DNA of 21,070 nt. Source: Armatimonadota bacterium. Its GTDB lineage: Bacteria > Sysuimicrobiota > Sysuimicrobiia > Sysuimicrobiales > Humicultoraceae. Each line of letters starts with the position of its first letter. Within the stretch, counting starts at the first letter, position 1. The DNA lies in NCBI GenBank assembly GCA_037446215.1, contig JBBIJB010000013.1, positions 7,765 to 28,834 of the forward strand, read 5' to 3'. Shown one piece after another: positions 16,543-21,070 of this stretch. The notes beneath the pieces were generated by a model. The model was given only the letters and a program-made list of their open reading frames with translations, did no database searches and was not told where the DNA came from. The position numbers were made by a program, and so were the translations under genes.

Positions 16543-18345
16543 TTGATAACCGTAGTCATCACAGCGGCCGGGGGCGGGGTATGCCAGGCGGTGCTCCGCG
16601 CGCTGCGGTACGGCCCGCTCTCAGTGCGGACCGTCGGCGTCGACCCGGATCCCATGGGCGTCGGCCTCTACTGGGCCGATGCCGCCTATCTCGTGCCGCC
16701 CGCCTCGGACGAGGAGGCCTACATCCGGCGCCTGCTCGAGATCTGCAGCGCCGAGCGCGCCGACGCGCTGATACCCGGATCGGACCCCGAGCTCGTCCCC
16801 CTGGCGCGCCATCAGGATCGCTTCCTCCGGCAGGGCACCAGGGTGATCGGCGGGAGCCCCGCCGCGGTCGAGCTCTGCCGCGACAAGCTCGCGCTCGCGC
16901 GGTTCTGCGGTGAGCGCGGCCTGCCCTTCGTCGAGACCTGGCCGCTGGCAGAGGCCCGGGAGATGCTCGGCGGGCAGGCGCCGTTCCAGTTCCCGGTGAT
17001 AGTCAAGCCGCGCGCGGGATCGGGATCGGTCGGGGTGCGGCTGGTGCACGACCTGGACGACCTGCTGCGGGTCCCCCCGGAGGCCGACTTCGTCGTCCAG
17101 AGGTACATGCCGCCGCTTTGGCCCGGGCAGTCCGGGCAGCCGGCCCCCTCCGGCCGCACGGGCGCGGCCGGCCGCTGGAGCCAGCGCCTCGACCAGTCGA
17201 ACGAGGTATCGACCCAACTCCTGATCGGCAGGTCCGGCGAGATCATCGGCTACTCCCTGACCATCAACCGCCTTAAGGACGGCGTGCCGATGGAGGTCGT
17301 GCCGGATCCGCATCCATCGGGTGTGAAGGCCTCCCTCGAGGTGGCCTCTGCGCTGGCCGCCCAGGGGATGCGGGGCCCGCTCAACCTGACCGGCCGCGTG
17401 ACGCCTGACGGGGTGCGATTCTTCGAGGCCAACCCGAGGTTCGTGGGATCGACGGGGGCGCGCGCGGCGCTCGGCAGCCAGGCCGTGCACGCCGCGCTGC
17501 TCGAGTTCGTGCTGGAGCGAAGCGAGGAGGCCCGCGCCTGCCTGAGGGAGCCGCCCGACGCCCTGGTCCTCCGCCACGTCGAGGAGACCGTGGTGCCGCT
17601 CGATCGGGTCGAGAGGGTAAGGGAAACCGGCGCAGGCGCCGTGACCGTACCCCTGCCCCCGGCGCCGCGCCGCGCGCTGATCACCGGCTCCTCGTGCCGC
17701 CTGGCCGCGGCGCTCGCGGGGAGGCTGGCGGCCTCGGCTGAGGCAGCCGGATCTCCCGGCCCGTTCGAGGTCGGGACGCTGCCGGGAATCGAGGAGACCC
17801 AAAAGCGGCTCCGACAGGCGCTCGAAGGGGTGGACGCGGTGGTGCACCTCGCGGAGCTGAGGCCCGCCGCGACGGACCCCCAGCCGCCGGAGGAGCTCTT
17901 CCGCGCGAACACCGAGGGGGCCAGGATCCTGGCGGAGGCGGCCCGCCGGGCAGGCGTCCGCCGCCTGGTCTACCTCTCTACGCAGGAGGTCTACGGCGGC
18001 GCCCCGCGGCCGTGGTCGGAGGCGCTGGTGCCGCGTCCGGAGTCGGCGTACGCGCTCAGCAAGTGGATCGGGGAGATGGCGTGCGCGGGCCGAGGAGGCG
18101 AGGGTACGAGCGCCGTGATCCTAAGGGCGCCGCCCGGCGGCCAGGGGGCGGCGGGCGGCCGCTCTGAGGCCGCGGGCGGCGAGGAGACCCGTGAGGAGCT
18201 CTGCGAGGCGATCGCGCGCGCGTGCGCGCTGCGGATGCCGCCTGGGGGAACGCTGGTCCTCAACGTCGGCGGATCCGCCGATACGCGCCGCGCCCGGCTC
18301 TACCTGGGCGGGCCCGGCGCGCAGGCCCAGGAGGAGGAGCGTTGA
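16543..18345 (+). CDS. ATP-grasp (carbamoyl-phosphate-synthase-like/PylC-like) domain fused to a truncated NAD-dependent epimerase/SDR-like domain, copy 1
   Basis: TTG 16543 follows GAGGGAGAGG. ATP-grasp motifs LIPGSDPEL, CRDK, PVIVKPRAGSGSVGV and FFEANPRF. SDR motifs DAVVHLA, RRLVYLST and SAYALSK. The track extension to 15655 overlaps the - strand gene and is rejected. Confidence 0.8.
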   Translation: MITVVITAAGGGVCQAVLRALRYGPLSVRTVGVDPDPMGVGLYWADAAYLVPPASDEEAYIRRLLEICSAERADALIPGSDPELVPLARHQDRFLRQGTRVIGGSPAAVELCRDKLALARFCGERGLPFVETWPLAEAREMLGGQAPFQFPVIVKPRAGSGSVGVRLVHDLDDLLRVPPEADFVVQRYMPPLWPGQSGQPAPSGRTGAAGRWSQRLDQSNEVSTQLLIGRSGEIIGYSLTINRLKDGVPMEVVPDPHPSGVKASLEVASALAAQGMRGPLNLTGRVTPDGVRFFEANPRFVGSTGARAALGSQAVHAALLEFVLERSEEARACLREPPDALVLRHVEETVVPLDRVERVRETGAGAVTVPLPPAPRRALITGSSCRLAAALAGRLAASAEAAGSPGPFEVGTLPGIEETQKRLRQALEGVDAVVHLAELRPAATDPQPPEELFRANTEGARILAEAARRAGVRRLVYLSTQEVYGGAPRPWSEALVPRPESAYALSKWIGEMACAGRGGEGTSAVILRAPPGGQGAAGGRSEAAGGEETREELCEAIARACALRMPPGGTLVLNVGGSADTRRARLYLGGPGAQAQEEER

Positions 18346-20095
18346 TCACGGTCGCGGTGACCGGCTGCGGGAGCGCCGCCGGCCACACCGTGCTGCGCTC
18401 GCTGCAGTACGCGCCCCAAGCGGTCAGGACCGTGGGCGTAGACCCGAGCCCCGCGGGCGTCGGGCTCCACTGGGTGGATGTCGCGTACATAGTGCCCGCG
18501 GCCTCGGACGAGAGGGCCTACATCGAGCGCCTGCTGGAGATCTGCCGCGCCGAGCGCGTGGAACTGCTGATCCCCGGCTCCGATCCCGAGTTGATCCCGC
18601 TGGCGCGCCACCAGGAGCTGTTCCTGCGTGAGGGCACCCGGGTGTTGGTCGGGAGCCCGGCCGCCGTCGAGCTGGCACGCGACAAGTGGGCGCTGGCCGA
18701 GTACTGCCGTGCGCGCGGCCTGCCGTTCGTGGAGACATGGCTGCTGGAGGACGCGCGGCAGCGCATCGCAGAGCTTGCCTTCCCCGTGATAGCCAAGCCG
18801 AGGTCCGGGTCGGGATCGGTCGGCGTCCGGCTCGTGCACGATCCGGAGGACCTCCTCCGGATCCCGCCCGACGCGGAGTTCATCGTCCAGCGATACATGC
18901 CGCCCCTACCGCCGGTGCGCCCCGGATCCGGCCTCCGGCCCGGCACCGCGGTGCCGGGCGGCGAGGCCTCCTTGGGCGTCCCCACAGGCTGGCCGGGCGA
19001 CGGGTTGAAGAGGTGGCTGCAGCGGCTCGACCAGCGCAACGAGTGCTCGAGCCTGGCGCTGATCGGCCCGTCCGGAAGGGTGCTGGGATGCTGCACGTCG
19101 GTCAACCGCCTCAAGGACGGCGTGCCGATGGAGGTGGTGCCGTACCCCGCTCCCTCTCCGGAGGAAGTACCCGCCCTCGCCCGGGCGATGGCCGAGGCGG
19201 GGATGCGGGGGCCGCTCGGGCGCTGTCGGGCCGCTCCACGCCCGATGGGGTGCGCTTCTACGAGATCAACGCCCGCTTCATCGGGTCCACCTCGGCACGC
19301 GCCGCCTTGGGGTTCCGCGCCGTAGGCGCCGCGATCTGGGCGTTCGCGCTCGACCGTGAGGACGAGGCAGAGAGGTGCCTGGGATGGACGGCGTCCGCGG
19401 CCGTGATCCGGCACGCCGACGATACGGTCGTGCCTAAGGAGGGCATCGCGCGGCTGGGGCGAGCGCGGGGGATACCGGAGGCGCCCCCACCGATGCCCAT
19501 GCCGCGCCGCGTGCTGCTGACCGGCGCCTCCGAGCCCGTCGGCGCGAGCCTCGTCGAACTGCTCCGCGCCGCACCCGGCGTGGAAGAGGTCAGGACGCTG
19601 ACGGGGACCGAGGATGAAGAGCGGCTCTCCGGCGCCATGGAAGGTATCGAGGCGGTGGTGCACCTGGCGGAGCTCCGCCCTGCGCCCCCTATCCGGCCCG
19701 AGGAGCTCTACGCGGCCAACGCGGAGGGCACGCGGCGGCTGGCCTCTGCGGCCCGCGGGGCCGGAGTCTCCCGGATGGTCTACCTGTCCTCCACCGAGGT
19801 CTACGGGAGCGCCACGCCGCCGTGGTCCGAGACCCAGGCGCCCAGGCCGGAGACGGCCTACGGGCAGAGCAAGCTGGCCGGCGAGATGCTGTGCGCGGAC
19901 GGGGCCGCGATCGCCGTCATCCTCCGCGCCGGGGATGCCTCCACCGCGGACCTGTGCGGGGCGATCCTGCGGGCCGTCGCAATGCCCCCTTCCCCAGGCC
20001 AGTCGCTCGTCCTCAACGTGGGGAGCGGACCCGGGCTCGACACGCGGCGCATACGCGCCCGGCTGGGGTGGGCGCCTTCGGGCAGGAGCGGTTGA
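18342..20095 (+). pseudogene. ATP-grasp::SDR-like fusion, copy 2; frameshifted at about 19218-19222 (true pseudogene or sequencing error)
   Basis: TTG 18342 overlaps the copy 1 stop and follows GGAGGAGGAG. Homology to copy 1 runs in the 18222-ORF frame up to GMRGPL. It then continues in the 18686-ORF frame (LSGRSTPDGVRFYEINARF...TAYGQSK) to the TGA ending at 20095. Confidence 0.8.
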
Positions 20096-20116
20096 CCTGG
20101 TGCCCGCGGCACCGCC

Positions 20117-20152
20117 TTGACGGGCACATCCTGATGGTTCCATAATGGTTCC
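20117..20152 (+). promoter_or_regulatory. Sigma70-type promoter of the TA operon with direct-repeat operator
   Basis: TTGACG (20117-20122), an 18-nt spacer, then CATAAT (20141-20146). ATGGTTCC direct repeats at 20134-20141 and 20145-20152 overlap the -10 element. Confidence 0.7.
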
Positions 20153-20182
20153 GAATTGCATCCAGCACTCGGACCCTGCACA

Positions 20183-20416
20183 ATGCCCAAGAACCTGTCG
20201 ATGAAGAAGGTGCCGGACGAGCTGATCGCCCTCCTCAGGGAGAGGGCCAGGAGGAGGCACCGGTCCCTGCAGGGGGAGCTGCTCGCCACCCTGGAGGAGT
20301 CCCTGCTGCCTAGACGGCTGACGGTCGCCGAGCTCACGGGTCGCATTCGCGATCTGGGCCTGCGGACGCCGCAGGAGGCGACGCGGATGATCCGGGAAGA
20401 CCGCGATGGCCGCTAG
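20183..20416 (+). CDS. FitA/VapB-like ribbon-helix-helix antitoxin
   Basis: MPKNLSMKKVPDELIALLRERARRRHRSLQGEL matches the Arc/FitA RHH pattern. It ends in IREDRD and overlaps the PIN gene by 11 nt. Confidence 0.85.
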   Translation: MPKNLSMKKVPDELIALLRERARRRHRSLQGELLATLEESLLPRRLTVAELTGRIRDLGLRTPQEATRMIREDRDGR

Positions 20417-20792
20417 GGTGGCGGATGCCTCGGTCCTGGCGGCCATCGCCTTCGGCGAGCCGCGGGCGGAGGAAGGCGTCGCGCTCCTCGAAGGCGCCGT
20501 GCTGCACGAGCCCACCCTCCTCCCCGACGAGCTGGCAAGCGTCGCCAGGCGGAAGATCCTCTCCCACCCCGACCGCGCGGAAGCCATCGCGCAGGCGCTC
20601 GGCCTTGCGCTGGCCCTGGAGATCCGCTGGGTGGAGGTGGATCACAGGGCCGTGCTTCGCCTGGCGCTGGAGGAGGGGCTCACGACGTACGACGCCGCCT
20701 ATCTCCATCTCGCCCGGAAGCTGGACGCGCCGCTGGTCACCTTCGACGACCGCCTGCGTGACATCGCCGGGGGTCGATCACGGCCAGGGTAG
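20406..20792 (+). CDS. vapC: VapC-family PIN-domain toxin
   Basis: 128 aa with the PIN acidic residues in VADASV, DELAS, LTTYDAAYLHLA and LVTFD. Confidence 0.9.
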   Translation: MAARVADASVLAAIAFGEPRAEEGVALLEGAVLHEPTLLPDELASVARRKILSHPDRAEAIAQALGLALALEIRWVEVDHRAVLRLALEEGLTTYDAAYLHLARKLDAPLVTFDDRLRDIAGGRSRPG

Positions 20793-20803
20793 CCCCTAGA
20801 CAG

Positions 20804-21064
20804 ATGCGCCTCGACAAGTTCCTCCAATCCAGCCGACTCGTGAAGCGGCGCACCATGGCCAACCGCCTCTGCGATGCGGGCCGGGTCACTCTCAATGGTA
20901 GGAAGGCGAAGCCGGCGGCCGACGTCGAGCCCGGCGACCTGGTAGGGCTGGAGTTCGGCTCGAAGCATCTCACGATCCGGGTCCTGCGCCTGCCCGAGGG
21001 CCGGCCCTCGAGCGAGCCCGTCTACGAGACCGTGGAGAGCCGCAGGACTCCTGGGGCCTGGTAG
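20804..21064 (+). CDS. rqcP: S4-domain RNA-binding protein, RqcP/YabO (Hsp15-like) type
   Basis: MRLDKFLQSSRLVKRRTMANRLCDAGRVTLNGRKAKPAADVEPGD closely follows the YabO/RqcP N-terminus. 86 aa. Confidence 0.8.
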   Translation: MRLDKFLQSSRLVKRRTMANRLCDAGRVTLNGRKAKPAADVEPGDLVGLEFGSKHLTIRVLRLPEGRPSSEPVYETVESRRTPGAW

Positions 21065-21070
21065 GCCTCG

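Noticed and set aside
18222..20095. Two separate genes (367 aa and 469 aa)
   Set aside because: Colinearity with 16543-18345 shows one frameshifted gene.
18518..20587. 689-aa minus-strand ORF
   Set aside because: It overlaps well-supported + strand genes and is low complexity. It is probably lengthened by the frameshift joining two shadow frames.
1..21070. CRISPR arrays, tRNA/rRNA genes, IS elements or integrases
   Set aside because: None were seen. The only long repeats are the paralogous gene pairs (for example 17264-17304 vs 19102-19142).

Overview
This is a very GC-rich bacterial window. Most of it (about 1-14011, + strand) is a tightly coupled Wzx/Wzy-dependent capsule/exopolysaccharide operon. 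Its order is: 5'-truncated Wza-like OPX exporter, Wzi-type outer-membrane barrel with an N-terminal SLH-like segment, full-length Wzc, Wzx flippase, GT2, polysaccharide pyruvyltransferase, GT4, GT2, GT4, Wzy-like polymerase, GT4. Next comes an unusual divergent 2+2 cassette. Two tandem paralogous QueC-like PP-loop/Cys4 proteins lie on the - strand (14008-16410). Two tandem paralogous ATP-grasp::truncated-SDR fusion proteins lie on the + strand (16543-20095); the second carries a frameshift at about 19218-19222. The window ends with a FitA/VapB-like RHH antitoxin and VapC PIN toxin pair with a clear promoter, then an RqcP/YabO-like S4 protein. The 2+2 cassette is the best candidate for an undescribed system, possibly ATP-dependent modification of the polysaccharide. 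All family calls come from motif recognition by eye; no searches were run.
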